64,000 nucleotides of DNA from Fonticula alba ATCC 38817 (Eukaryota; Protista; Nucleariida). The stretch lies in the NCBI GenBank assembly GCA_000388065.2, contig KB932205.1. One strand, 5' to 3'. Positions 24,120 to 36,783 of this stretch are shown here, one piece after another. A program made the position numbers and the translations under genes. The notes under the pieces were generated by a model. It saw only the letters and a list, made by a program, of their open reading frames with translations, did not search any database and was not told the DNA's origin. The first letter of the stretch is position 1; the number at the start of each line of letters is the position of its first letter.

Positions 24120-26137
24120 CGGGACCACGCGGGAGCTTTGACCAATAGAGGGGGGGGGAGAGGGGTGGAGGGGGGGGAAACCCCCAGGAGGCGAGGTCAG
24201 TGAGGAGCCCGGAACACAGGCACAAGGAGTGGCAGAGTCAACACGCCGCAAAGGGGCGACCCCGTACAGCATTCTTGTCACGGAGGGGGGCGGGATCGGC
24301 GCTCAGGGGGGGGGGGGATGGTGGGGCGGGCCTGCAAGGAGCGTGTGCGCGCATGAGAAGATCACCGTCGAGGGGAAGAGCAAGAGGGCAGGCCGAGGTC
24401 AGGAGGAGGGTGATGGGGGGTGCCACAAATGAGGACGCCAGGTCGGCGCAGAGGAGGCGGGTGCAAAGGGGATGCAAAGCGGAGGAGGAGGAGGATGGGA
24501 GAGGGGGCGAGAACAAGCGGGAGAGGGGGCGAGAACAAGCGAGAGAGGGAGGGAGAGAGGGAGGGGGAGGGTGGGGCGGAGGGGGGCGCGAACAGGAGGG
24601 GAGGAGGAGAGGCGATGCCACGTTGGTGATGAGACACTGGCAGGCGCTCGCGGTCGGGATGGCCCTTTCTCTTCCATCTTATCCGAGGCCGCTGGAGAGG
24701 GGGCCGCCAGCCATCTCGCGGGCGGACACCCGAAGCCTCAGGAAAGGACAGAGCACACGAGGCAGGCAACCATCGGGCCTCCACAGAAGGCAGGAGGCCA
24801 TCGGTTCGCCGGGGCCGCTCCGGCCAATCAATCAACACGACCGGCGTCCCGCACCTTTTGTTTGGTGACTCCATTGCCGGGGCGCCCCCCCCCCCGGTAG
24901 CTTGCCTGGGACAGCCCGGAGGAGCACGCACGGGGGCGGATCCGCGAATTGTAGCATAGAATGGTGTTATGCGGCGGGCGCGCACGTTGTTCTTGTTTTG
25001 TAGATTGTTAGGGTATTCGTCTGGGCTATTCTGGCACCGGGGCAGCAGCACCGTCCCCCCGGCCGCCCTTGTTTCGGGGGGCGGGGAGGAGCCGGTGCCG
25101 GCCCTGGCCGGATACTGAAAGAGGGAAGGAACGGCCAGTCCGCAACAGCTTGCGCCCAGGGGGGGGGGGGGGGTAGGTTGTTTTCTAACCGGCCGCGCGC
25201 CCCTCCCTCCGCTCGGCCAAGCCCAAAATGCAGCGGCCTTCCCCCTGCATGTCCCTTCCCCCCCCCCCCCCGTACCAGGCATCCCAGCCTTCCGGCATCG
25301 TTGTTTCGTGCGCCGGGACCTGGTGCCCGAAGGCGGGGGATTCCGGCCCGCCGGAAGGCCGGGCGGGGCCTGGGGGGCCTGGACGTGCAATATGCTGATG
25401 GAGCGGGCCCGCGAGAAAGGAATGTGCCGACGCCCTGGTCGGCATGAGCCGCCCAAATGGAAAGACCTAGATGCATATTACTGGGGCATGCTTGCCCCCG
25501 CCCCGCCCCCCCCCCTGGATAAATGGAGACCCCGGGGCCCTTACCCTTGGTCTCCGGCTACCTGTTCGGTTCTACTTGCGCGCGAGCGCGCGCGTGTTTG
25601 TCGTGTGTCTGTGTGTGCCCCCCCCCCCCCCCCCGGGCGGGGCCTTGCCCTGCTTTTGTCTGCGTGCGGTTATTTTCCCCGACGCGTGTGGCGGCCCCAT
25701 GCGGATTGGTGTAGATCCGCACCCATTGCCGGCGGCCTCTCGGAGAGGCGGGGGCGGACAACGACAGGGGGGGGGGGGGGATGGCCTTTGGCCAAACAGG
25801 CCTCTCCCCGAGGGAGCCCTGTGATCGCTCTTCGCGGTTGGCTGCTCCTGCTGCTTCCGCCCCTGTTGCCGTTCCCCCGGTCTTGCCCTGAATGCACCAC
25901 CCGCCTGGCCGCCCGGGGCGGGGCGGGCTGCGGGGGCGGGCGTTTTATCGGCCCCCAGCCCAATGAGCGCGTCGCTGCCCCGTGCGCCCAAGTCAAAGAC
26001 GCCGCTTGCCACGCCCCCCTGTGCCTGCTGCCACTTTCTCCCCCCCCTCCTCCTCCTCCCTCCCCCTTTCGCCGCCTGATTCACTCCTCGCCGGTCGGTG
26101 ATCTGCCCCCCCCCTCCCCCTCGACCCCACCTCCAAG

Positions 26138-28692
26138 ATGGCGATGCGTATCCCCAAGTCCGGCCTGTCCGAGCTCCTCAAGGATGGCTACAAGGTGCGC
26201 GAGCCTGCCGGCTTGCTTCGCCCCTCTTGCCTGTGCTTCTCGCGTGTTGCTGACCTGCATCTGCCCCGCCCCCTCCTCACAGCACCACCAGGGCCTTGAG
26301 GAGGCCGTCCTGCGCAACATCCGCGCTTGCCGTGAGCTTTCTGCCGTTACCCGCACCTCTCTCGGTCCCAACGGTCCGTGGCCTCTTGCCTGCCCTCTGC
26401 TCCCTGCCTCGGCCCTCCGCACGCCTGTCGCCGCAGGAACTGACGCTGTCCTCCCCCTCTGTCTACATTGCTGGAAATTCCAACCACCCGCACGCACATG
26501 CACACACACACAGGCAAGAACAAGCTGATTGTCAACAACCTCGAGAAGCTGTTCATCACCAACGACGCCGCCACCATCATTCAGGAGATGGACGTCATCC
26601 ACCCGGCTGCCAAGCTGATCGTCATGGCCACCGAGCAGCAGCGCAAGGAGGTTGGCGATGGCTCCAACCTGGTGTGCGTCCTGGCCGGCGAGTTCCTCAA
26701 CCAGGCCGACGAGCTCCTCCGCATGGGCCTCCATGCCACCGACATCACCGAGGCCTACAGCCGTGCCTCCAAGAAGGCGCTCGAGCTGCTGGAGAGTGCG
26801 TGCCCCGCTCCCTCTTTCGCCCCTACCCGCCGTCTCCCCTCGGCCATCGCGGGGGCCTCCCACGCCTCCATGGTCTGCCCCCTTGCGCGCCTCCCTGGCT
26901 GACAATGATCTTCCCCCCTGCGGCGACCGGCCCTGCTCCAAACTCAACGTCCAGCCCTCGTTGTCAAGAAGGACATCGATGTCACCGATCGCGATGGCCT
27001 GATCGCCGCCGTTAAGTCCTCCATCAGCAGCAAGCAGGTATGACAGCCCGGTCCCCCTCGGCCCTCCCCATCCACACATACGCCCCGGGGGCCTCCCGGT
27101 GAGAGAAGCCAGTGGTCCAGCCGCGGCTCCCATATGCTAACCACAAGCACTCCCCGTCCGTCCGCCCGCCCGCCCGCCCGCCCGATGTGCCTGGTCCTGG
27201 CGACGCCGCCCGCGCGCATTCCAGTATGGCAACGAGGACTTCCTCAGCGCCCTTGTTGTGGACGCCTGCATGGCGGTCCTCCCCAAGGTCCCGGCCAACT
27301 TCAACGTGGACAATGTCCGCACCATCAAGATCATGGGCAGCTCGCTGAACAACAGCACCTTCGTTCGCGGCATGGTCATCGACCGCCAGCCGGATAGCAC
27401 CATCAAGAAGGCCACCAATGCCAAGGTTGCCGTGTTCACCTGCCCGCTGGACATCTCCCGCACCGAGACCAAGGGCACCGTGCTGATCCACAACTCGGAG
27501 GATCTGATGAAGTTCTCCCGCGACGAGGAGGCCCAGCTGGAGGGCGCCATCAAGGAGATCGCCGACGCCGGCATCAAGGTCCTGGTCACCGGGTCCAGCA
27601 TCGGCGAGCTCGCCCTGCACTACATCAACCGGTACAACCTGATCGCCGTCAAGGTTCTGTCCAAGTTCGACCTGCGCCGCCTGTGCCGCTCCGTCGGCGC
27701 GGTGGCCCTGTCCCGCCTGGTGCGCGCCCTCTTTTTTCTTTTCTTTTTCTCCCTCTCCGCGCGGATCAGCGGGGGCCCCCCCGCTTCGCTGTGCCGCCTT
27801 CCTGCCTGTCTGCCATCGCGCTGTGTGCTCCGCTCGCGGGAGGGACCCCTTCGCTGACTCGCCTGGCCTCGCCCTCTCTTTCGTCTGCGCCCCTCCCCCC
27901 GCCCCAGGGTGCCCCCACTGTCGATGAGGCTGGCCACTGCGATGTCGTCGAGACCATCGAGATCGGCTCCGACCGCGTGACTGTCTTCCGCCAGAACGAC
28001 TCGGGCTCCGCCCTGTCCACCATCGTCATTCGTGGCTCCACCCGCAACTACATGGACGATGTCGAGCGCTCCCTCAACGACGCCATCAACACCTTCCGGA
28101 CCATCGTTCGCGACCCGCGCCTCCTCCCTGGTGCCGGTGCCACCGAGATGGAGCTGTCCCGCCTGCTGGGCGAGCTGGGCGACACCATCCCCGGTGTCGA
28201 GCAGTACGGTGTCAAGCAGTTCGCCGAGGCCTTCGAGGTCATCCCCCGCACCCTGGCCGACAATGCCGGTCTGGATGTGCGTCCTTCCCGGCCAGCACCG
28301 CGTGCCGCCCCTCCCGCTCCCCTGCCTTCCTCCGACCCCTTTCATTGACCCTGCGCCACGCTCTAACTCGCCTGCCCGCCCGCCCGCCCGCCCCTCTTGT
28401 GCTGCCTCCCGTCCTGTGCCCGCCGCGCTCCTAGGCCACCGTCATCCTGGCCAAGCTCGGCGCCGCCCACCGCAAGGGCGAGTCCTCCGCCGGTGTGGAC
28501 ATCGAGACCGAGGATGCCTCCCTCCTGGATGCCACCGCTGCCAACATCTTCGACACCTTCTCCAGCAAGTACTGGGCCATCAAGTATGCCGCCGATGTGG
28601 CCATGACCGTGCTCAAGGTTGACCAGATCATCATGAGCAAGCCGGCCGGCGGTCCCAAGCCCCGCGAGAACGGCAACTGGGACGAGGACTAA
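26138..28692 (+). CDS. CCT8: Chaperonin CCT/TRiC subunit theta
   Basis: Exons 26138-26194, 26283-26373, 26514-26795, 26955-27037, 27225-27719, 27908-28276, 28435-28692. Motifs: GLEEAVLRNIRAC, LFITNDAATI, EVGDGSN, VLSKFDLRRLC, LLPGAGATE, VDQIIMSKPAGGPK, NWDED. Confidence 0.98.
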
Positions 28693-29623
28693 TCCGCATG
28701 TGCCTGAGTGCGCATGCGCTCACGTCTCCTCTTCCTCCCCCCCCCCTGCCTGCAGCGCCTGTCCCCTCGCCCTCCTCCCTGCTCCTCCCCTTCCCCCTTG
28801 GGCGCAAGTTCATGCGCGCGCATGCCTCTCTCCGGGGCTTGCGCGCCTGAAATGTGCACTCCCTTGTTGGCGTGTGACTCCCCTCCTCCTGGGCCGGAAC
28901 GCGGGGGGGAATGGGGAGGCAGGCGTCATGGGCAGGGCCCGCAGGCGTGTCCAGTGTTTCCACCCTGCGTGCCCACGCCTTCCCCCTTTTCCCCTCTCTG
29001 TTCCTTGTGCACTATCCCCCTCCCAAATAGACCTGATCTCTTGTCTTTCCTCACCTCTCTCCCTGGGGCTTGGGGCCCCTCCCCCAAAATGCGCGCGCAC
29101 ACATGCACGGGGATCCCCCGACTGGTGGGAGGACAGAAGAGGACTGAAGTGAGGAGAGGAGGGACATGGCGTGTCCCGTGCTGCGCGCACACTGCGGCCT
29201 CTAGATGTATATTCGCGGGGGGGGGGGGGGAGGGGGAGGGAGGGGGGCCGGGCAAAACCCCACCCGCGCCCGGCGCGCGGCACGCGATGTACCGCCATGG
29301 CGCGCACAGACACGCACTCAAAGGAGGAGGAGGAGGATGGTCGCACAAGGTCGGCCCTCGCAGCCACCCTCTTTGCTTGCTTGCCGCCCCCGACTCCGGC
29401 CACCGGCGCTGAGCAGACTTTGCCAGCGCGTTCACGCAGTACAGGCGGGAGAGGGCGGCCGGGGTCGGGGCCGGGGCCGGGGCAAGAGGAGAAAAGACAA
29501 GCCTCATATGCACATATGCAGGCCAGCTGCATGAGAGACGCATACGGAAATAGGGAGAGGGAGAGGGAGAGGGAGAGAGAAACAAGGGAGCCGGAGCTTG
29601 GCAGAGAAGGAGGGCGGGGGCCA

Positions 29624-30789
29624 CTAGTTGAGGTCGTAATACTCGCAAGTGACCGGGTTGTACATCTGCTCGCGCGTCGGGTCGTAGTAGTGCTGCAGGG
29701 CCGACACGTAGTATGTCCCGGAGTCGGTGTCGTAATCGTCGCCGGTGACTTCGTAGTCGCGACCGCGGATGGTGATGGTGTACACCTCGCCGGCGATGGA
29801 CACCACGCGGGGGGCAATCCTGGCCGTGCGCGCGCGATACTCCACCCCGGTGGGCTCCTTGTCCAACGGGCTCAGGGCCACGGATGGCAGATCCGGCGAC
29901 ATGCCGGCCGCCGAGGACTGCGGAGTGGCGGCGGCCGTGCTCGGCGCGGAGGTCTGGCTCCGGCGGCTGCTGCTGCCGGCGGCCGACTCCCGGTCAGCAG
30001 TGGCCTTGGCGGCGCCGCTACGCAGGGCCGGCCGGCCGCCTGGAGGGGTCCACGCCTCGCCACGGAAGGCCGAATAGAAGTAGATTACCGAAGCCGAGAG
30101 CATGAAGAGGGCCCCGGCAAAGGTGGGGGCCAGGGCAAAGCCAGGGGCGGCGAACCTGTGGCCGAGGCACACACCCCGGGAGCGAGGCATGTGAGTGGCG
30201 GCCTGCGAGGCGGAGGGCGGAACACCCCCGGGGGAATGGGCACAGGAGGAAACAGGCCAGAGTGGAGGAGGAGGAGGAGGAACGCACAGGAAGTAGATGG
30301 CTGCCCGGACGAAGAGGTTGTGCGAGAAGAAGCCGAGGTGTTGCACTCCAGGGAAGGGGTACTCCAGAAGGGCGGTGAAGACACCGGCCGCGCTGATGAA
30401 CACAAGGAAGAGGTCAGTGGGGGGATGAACAAAAAAAAGGGGAGACCGCAGACCGGTGCCACGCCATCAGGTCCGCACATGCAGAATGCGGCGATCTGCC
30501 AGAGAGGATAGAACATGCCGAAGATGCCATTGGCCATGTAGACTGCGGCCGGAGCATCCAAAGCCACCGGTACACATGCATGGCGCTCGGGGGGGGGGGG
30601 GGGGTTGAGGCAGTCCGAGAGCAAGGGGGAGGGCGAGCATTGTCAGCCTCTGGCACGGAGGATGGCGAGATCTGGCGCTTGGGCGGGGAAACTCCCCCCG
30701 GCAAGGGGGAGGTGGGTCGTACAGCCAGCAGCGCCGAGGCCGGCATAGCGGCCCCAGACGTGAAAGAAGATCCGCCGCACCTGGGACAT
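29624..30789 (-). CDS. CYBA: p22phox (cytochrome b-245 light chain, NADPH oxidase partner) with a Tyr/Asp-rich C-terminal module
   Basis: Exons 30789-30723, 30542-30479, 30392-30288, 30155-29624, all phase-consistent. Spliced protein MSQVRRIFFHVWGRYAGLGAAGFYMANGIFGMFYPLWQIAAFCIAAGVFTALLEYP...FFSHNLFVRAAIYFLLFAAPGFALAPTFAGALFMLSASVIYFYSAFRGEAWTP aligns with recalled human p22phox motifs GAYSIVAGVFVCLLEYP, FTRNYYVRAVLHLL and IYLLAAVRGEQWTP. Confidence 0.9.
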
Positions 30790-33048
30790 GGTGGAGTGTG
30801 GCAGCAACAGGGGTGGAGGCAGGGGAGGCGAGGGGGGCGGGCGAGGGGGAGAAGGAGAGAATGTGTCACACGCAGCGGCGGGGAGGGCGAGGACTGTGGA
30901 GGCGCTTCCCTGCGCGGGCCAAGCGGAAGCGCGCCCGAGATCGACCCCTGAAATGTGCCCAGCACGAAGGCAGCACAGGACCAGGGACCCCCCCGCGAAG
31001 GAGTCGCTCGCCCGGCAGAGGGGGCGAGCAGGCAGGCCCTGCAAGGGAGACCCCAACCGCCGACCGGCCCCTGCGGAGCCGGGGGACATATGAGAGACCC
31101 CCGCGCGTCCATCCCGGCTCGGTACCCCTCCCTCCCGCACCTCGCCGGGGCGGCCGGCCGGCCGGCCGGCCAGGACGGGGAAACATTGATCAGGGGAAGC
31201 TCCTTCAGTCGGGGGGGGGGCGGGGGAGGAGGGCGGGGGGCCGGACATGGGGCCCGCGGTGGGGTCCATGGGTAGCTGCCCGGCGCCGGTGCCCTCGTTC
31301 CCTGCTCCAGCCGCAGGGGGAGGACGGCCGGCTGGGGCGCCAGGTGCGACGTACGCACGCCGAGCGGCCGGCGGGGGGAGGGACGCATTGGGACAACGAA
31401 CAGCCCCCCCCCCCCCGGCCGGACCCACGGACAAGGCATGGGGGCGCCGAGACACCGGAGCCGGAGGTGGTCCGATTTTTGGGTGATGGGGGCCGCAGGC
31501 ACCGCCCAGACGCCCCAGCATGCCGGGGCCGGGGGATGGAGCCCGGCACTATTGGGCCGCGGACTTGCCGGCCGGAGGGGCGCCGTGCGGGCAGGAGTGC
31601 GCGGCCGCCAAGGATGCCGCCCCCGCGGCTGCTGCCCGGGGGGGGGGGGGGGGCGGCCAGACGCACAGGAAGCGCCCCGCAGGCGAGGACAGCGCCGCCG
31701 ACCGAGCCATCAGCCGATTAATAGGATGGCAGCACGGCTGGCCGGGAGAGGCGAGGTCCGCTGTTGGGGTTGGCCACTCTCGGCGGCTTCTCTCGGCGTA
31801 GGCCCTCGCCACCCGGATGGGGACCGAAGGCAAGAGCGGCCCAATGCGCGCCAGCGTGGACGATCCCCGGAAAGACCCCGCGCAAAGGGCAGGCAGCCCC
31901 CCGGCCCGGCGAAACAGCTGGGCCCTTCGTGGAAAGTACTTTGAACCGAATTAATATACCCCCCACTCGCCCGCCCTCAGTCCGCGCCGCCCGAGGCGGC
32001 GTGCTCCCAGGCGTCGGGCCGGCGCATTTCGGCTGCTTCCAAAAGGCACGAAAACGGGGGGGGGGGGGGGACATCGGGGGAGACACAAGCTGGCGGGCAG
32101 CCCTGCGGGAGCCTGGTTTTGTTGCGGATACGCCCCCCGCGGAAAGCGCGCTCTCTCGGCCAGGGCCATAAACAAAGGGGCCCCGGGCGCACGCGCCCTC
32201 CCGGGAGGCGGATATGAAGTTCTCTATTTTTGCCACCCACGACACAATGTAAATGATACAGGCTGGCCTCACAGCGGACCGTCGGCGGGGGGGTGGTGTC
32301 CATGCCCGAGTCCTGAAATATTGTGGCAATAATAAATGGGCAGTTTCCGCGGCCACTGGGCCGGCCTCTCGCCCAAGGAGAAAGCACCCGGCCGCCCCGC
32401 CCATATCCCCTGGCGGCCAAGCCCATGTTGGGACCCGGGAGGGGGAGCCCGAGGGCCGGTAGCACACGGGGTGCCCGCCGCCGCGGCGCTTCGCCGCCCC
32501 GCACCGTCCGTCCAGCTTGTTGCACCGGGGCCAGGCCAGCCCTCCTCTCCGGGGCCGGCGCCGGGGGGGGGGGGGGGGGGAAGGAGAAAAATGGACCCCG
32601 GGCACGGGGCATCCCCGGAGGCTGGGCAGGGGGAGAAGGATGAGGGAATGCCCACTAAAACGGCCGGAGAGTAAGAGGACCGCGCCTCATGCGCGAATAC
32701 CGAACGCCGTCACGGGAAGGGGCAATGTAAACCAGCCCCACGCCCGGCCCCAACTGTCCGGCCCCCCCCCCCTCCTTCGAGGGGGCGACCCGCGGCGCAG
32801 GAATGCCACCCATGCCCGTGATATCTCGCATGCACACCCTGATCCAAATATCCCATATCCAGGTGCTCAGTTAACAGCATTGCCATCTAGGGCCACATCC
32901 GGCCGGCAACCCTCCGAAGCAGGGCTCCAGACATGCATGCCCTGCCGGGAAGAATGAGCGCGCCAATGGCCGGGCATCCAAGGGGAGGGTGTGAATTTTT
33001 GGAGTGGGGAACGAAGATAAATGGCTTTCTCCGGGTTGAGTTGTCACA

Positions 33049-33121
33049 GGGGGCGTAGCTCAAATGGTAGAGCGGCCGCTTAGCATGCGGCAGGCAGGGG
33101 GATCGATACCCTCCGCCTCCA
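33049..33121 (+). tRNA. tRNA-Ala (anticodon AGC)
   Basis: 73-nt cloverleaf: acceptor GGGGGCG/CGCCTCC with the G3:U70 Ala identity pair, D-arm GCTC/GAGC, anticodon stem GCCGC/GCGGC with loop TTAGCAT, T-arm GGGGG-ATCGATA-CCCTC, discriminator A, downstream T5 Pol III terminator. Confidence 0.97.
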
Positions 33122-33355
33122 TGTTTTTGCCCTTCTCGCGGCCACACTGACCCCCCATGCATGCATCCTCGGTGACGGCCCGCCCCCCCTCTCTCGAGGC
33201 CCGGTCTCACACCGAGCTACGGGTGCGGGGGGGGACGGGACCAGGCCAATGGGGGGCGGCATACATCCATGGCATTTGTTTGGTGTCGTGTGGCAGTACA
33301 GGGGACGGGAAGTCGCTTGCGGGCTTTTGCAGGCCCGGCAGCCGGGGGTCTCCCC

Positions 33356-34030
33356 TCAGCCCAAGGCGATGAGCGCCAGCAACACGGCCAGCAGCGATGC
33401 GTAGACGGCCCCCGCCGGGGGGCTGGCCCGGGGGAGGTGGCTGGCGGCATTTGGCCGAGAAGGCCCCCGGTGCATGGCATCGCTCCGGCGTCCGCGCCAG
33501 TCCCCTCCGCCCCGCATGTACGACCCGCCGATGCGGTCGCATTTGAGCTCGGCATCGTCCGACGGCAGGAGGGCCGCGTAGGAGGCTGGCGCCGTGCGAA
33601 TGCAGTGTCGAACATATCCGGCCAGCGCCTCGCCACACAGGCGCGGGTACTTGGAGGGGACAATGCACCGGGTCTCATCGCGGAAGGCCTCGAAGCAGGG
33701 CCGCGAGCATTGGAGCGCCGCCCGGCGGAGGGCCTGCTGGGCTGCGGTGCGGAGGAGCTCATCGGCCGAGGGGCCCACCCCGCCGCCGCCGGCGACCGAT
33801 CTCGGCGGGATAACCGGGGCCTGGGCACGGGCGCCGCAATCCTGGTCCAGCGTGCGCCGCCGGGCAAGGGTGGCCGTGTGACTGCAGTCGAGACCGGAGC
33901 CGCCAAAGTCCGCGGGGTCCTGCCAGGTTGCCTCGCCGTTGCCGGCCCGGGGGCCATGTGCCGGGGGATCGGCCGGGGCAAACTGCCGGCCGGGGGGACT
34001 CCCACTGGTGGGGTCGAGTGGCGGCGACGA

Positions 34031-34061
<31 letters not shown>

Positions 34062-35632
34062 TGCTGCTGTTGCTGCTGCTGCTGTCCAGAGGGGCGAATG
34101 GGCTTGCTTGGCGATTCAAGTTGGTTGATCTGCTTGCTCGGCTGGCCTGGCTGCCTGTTTGGCTGGCCAGACTGCTTGCTCGGCTGGCCGGTTTGCTTGC
34201 TCGGCTGGCCGGTGGGCTTGACCGGCTGCCCGGCCTGGCTGCCCTGCTTGGCAGGCTGAGCAGGCTGGCTGGTGGGCTTGCTCGGAGATCGAGTGGCGGA
34301 GCCCGGCGGCAGGACGCTGGGAGGGGCACTGGGCTTGGCCGGCACCAGCACCTTGACCAGCTTCCCCGGGCCCGGCCGATCGGCAGGCGGCGAGGGACTG
34401 GCCATCAGCTTCGGCTGCAGGGACCCGGGGGGCAAGGCCCCGGGTGGCAGGGACGGGGGCGGCTCGGCCGGCACACCGACAAAGCGAGCTGCCCGGGGCA
34501 CGGCGCCCGGAACCATGGGTTGCGGCATCGGCGGGACCAGCGGCGGCCCGAGAAGGGTGTTCGGCGGGGCGGAGCCCGATCCCGGATACCCCGGCACGGT
34601 GGGCGGCATTGGCGGGGGCTGGTAGTGCTGCTGGGGCTGCTGCCCGTAGGTCGCCCCATGGTCGGCGATGGTGTCCTTGACTTGCTGAACCGGGGCCACG
34701 CTGGCCGGCTGTTGCGCTTCCGCGCCCTCGCCGGGGGTCAGCTCCTTACCCCGGCGACCGGCGTTCGGGAAGATCCCTGCATCGGGGAGGGCGGGTCGAG
34801 GATGAGCCGAGTCAGCGTCGACGAGAGGGGGGGCGGGGGGGGTGTGGCAAGAAGAGCGGCCGGAGGCATTCGAGAGTGGGGGGAGGCGGGTCGTACGGCG
34901 AATCAAGCCATCGGGGCCGAGCAGGAAGAAATCATGCGTGCGCATGGTTTCCTCGCCACGAGGAAGCGAGCGCCGTGTTCGATGGCCCTCAGGGGAACTC
35001 GCCCTGGCGGGGGGCGTGGCCCGTGGACCATATGCCTGCACGGGCTCGAAGGGCTGCGCGGCGACCGGGTCACTGCTGACGATCGGGCCGCGCGCACCCT
35101 TCGGCCAAATGAGAATGGACTTACTGCCGGGTGGGGGGTGGCCGTGGCTCGGGGCATGGGAGCCGCGCGTGCCCGGCTCGCGGTCGCGCCGGGTGTGCGG
35201 GCGGGCGCGGGCCGCCCCGGCCGCCCCCAGTCCCGCTCGGCGCAGCACGCGCCCGGAGTCGTACGGCACCACTGACGGGGAGCTGGCCGAGAATTGGGCC
35301 CGGTGGTGCGGCAGGAAGGGCGAGTGCAGGGAGCCCACCGCGGGCTGGGGCCAGTCGCCATCGGGCACATCGGGGCGGGCGGCCCGGCCTAAAGGAGGGC
35401 GGCTCGACTGGATGGCAAAGCTGGGCAGGGTCCCGGGCCGCGCGAAGGCATCCATCTCGGCATCCGATGCTGGCGAGGGGGCCCCGGCGCCAGATGCTCC
35501 GGCAAGCTGGTCGCAGAAGCCGGCGCCGCAGATAACCGGCGCCGCGGCTGCCGAGGCCAGCTGGAACAGCGACAGGAGCAGGAGGGAGATGCGCATCAGG
35601 GCGAGCCCGGCTGACTTGCCTTGAAGAGGCAT
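33356..35632 (-). CDS. Intronless secreted, probably GPI-anchored, Pro/Gln-rich protein with a Cys-rich C-terminal domain
   Basis: Open frame of ~750 aa from ATG 35632 or 35596. Signal peptide MRISLLLLSLFQLASAAAA, heptad repeats (T/S)GQPSKQ, polyQ/polyP, a cluster of Cys near the end, hydrophobic tail AVYASLLAVLLALIALG-stop. Confidence 0.75.
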
Positions 35633-36107
35633 GACAGGCAACGGGGCCAGGCGCGGCCGGGACCAGGCCCAGAGGAGGGGCCAAAGTGAGCAGGTGCGAA
35701 AGAACACGAGGGGCGGATGCGGGGGGGGGGGGGGGGGGNNNNNNNNNNGGGGGGGGGGAGAAAGGAGGAGCGAGGGACACGGGCGACGAAGCGACGGAAA
35801 GCGAGAGGTTGCTGCTGCCAGGCCCAGCCTGTCTGGAGGGAGATCCCAAAAAAAAGTCGCCCACACCCCCTCCCCGCCTCACCGGCCCCGATCCGGCCGC
35901 AGGTCGCAAATGGCCGAGCCCAGGAAAGGGACGACAACCACGGCGGATCTGGAACTGACATGCCGCCCGTGGGCTTGGCCGCTGCGGTATGCCCCCCCCC
36001 TCCCCATGGAAGAGCTTCCCCAGATGGCGTGGACAGCCTCCATGAGTGGGGGTGATGGGGAAAATGCGGCCAGATGTCCTCCAGTGCGTGTGAGGGGTGT
36101 GCGTGCA

Positions 36108-36138
<31 letters not shown>

Positions 36139-36550
36139 GAGGAAGCGAAAAAGGGGCACCCCCAAGCGGCGATCGCACTTGGTTGAGGGGTAGATGCAAG
36201 ATGACGTGATCATGTGACGCCGGCGCACCCGCGCCAGAAGGCGGCCAAACACACCGGCCCCGGTGTTGTGCGCACGAACGCGCGCGCGCGCGCGTGAGAA
36301 CGTGCGTAACCACGACGCCCTGGGCGCTTGCGGTCAAAGGCCTGTGTGGCCCTCTCTCTCTGGGGCCGCCCCGCCCCGTGCGCCAGGCCCCCCCTCCTCC
36401 CCCTCTTCCGGCAACGCGCGCTGTGCGCCGCCCCCGCGCGCCCCCACCAGCCGAGACAATTCCCCCCTGGCCCCTTCCGCACGCTACCAGAGAGAATATG
36501 AGAGAGAGAGAGTGCTGTATGACAAGAGGAGGGAGAGGGAAGTTTGAAAC

Positions 36551-36556
36551 TTTATT
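36551..36556 (-). terminator. AATAAA polyadenylation signal of the snoRNA host transcript
   Basis: About 110 nt into the last exon, followed on the minus strand by a U/C-rich stretch. Confidence 0.55.
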
Positions 36557-36783
36557 GTTTGATTTGCTCGCCGCCCGGCCGGCCCCCACAGCAGGCACCG
36601 ACGACGCAGCAGTGTGCGCACACACGCCGTCGATATGTCGCGACAAGGCCACCATGCTCCGCTCTACAAGGAGGAGGGGGGTGAGAGAAGAAGGCGATGA
36701 GTGCGTGTGTTAGAGAGCAATGGGAGGGGGTGTGTGTGCAGGAGAGAGAGAGAGGGGGGGTGTTTTACTCAACAAGAAAAGTG

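Noticed and set aside
25005-25015. ACCCTAAC on the minus strand as a telomerase template; also CCCTAAC near 41632
   Set aside because: Only 7-8 nt, expected by chance, with no supporting pseudoknot or promoter.
32200-32345. AT-richer island with ATGATA...CTGA; similar islands at 44460-44560 and 47020-47060
   Set aside because: Imperfect C box and no rRNA complementarity or stable fold recognised; more simply promoter or nucleosome-depleted DNA.
33269-35275. 668-aa plus-strand ORF, and similar antisense ORFs over CCT8, NAA15, flotillin and the RS gene
   Set aside because: Antisense shadows of real GC3-biased genes on the opposite strand.
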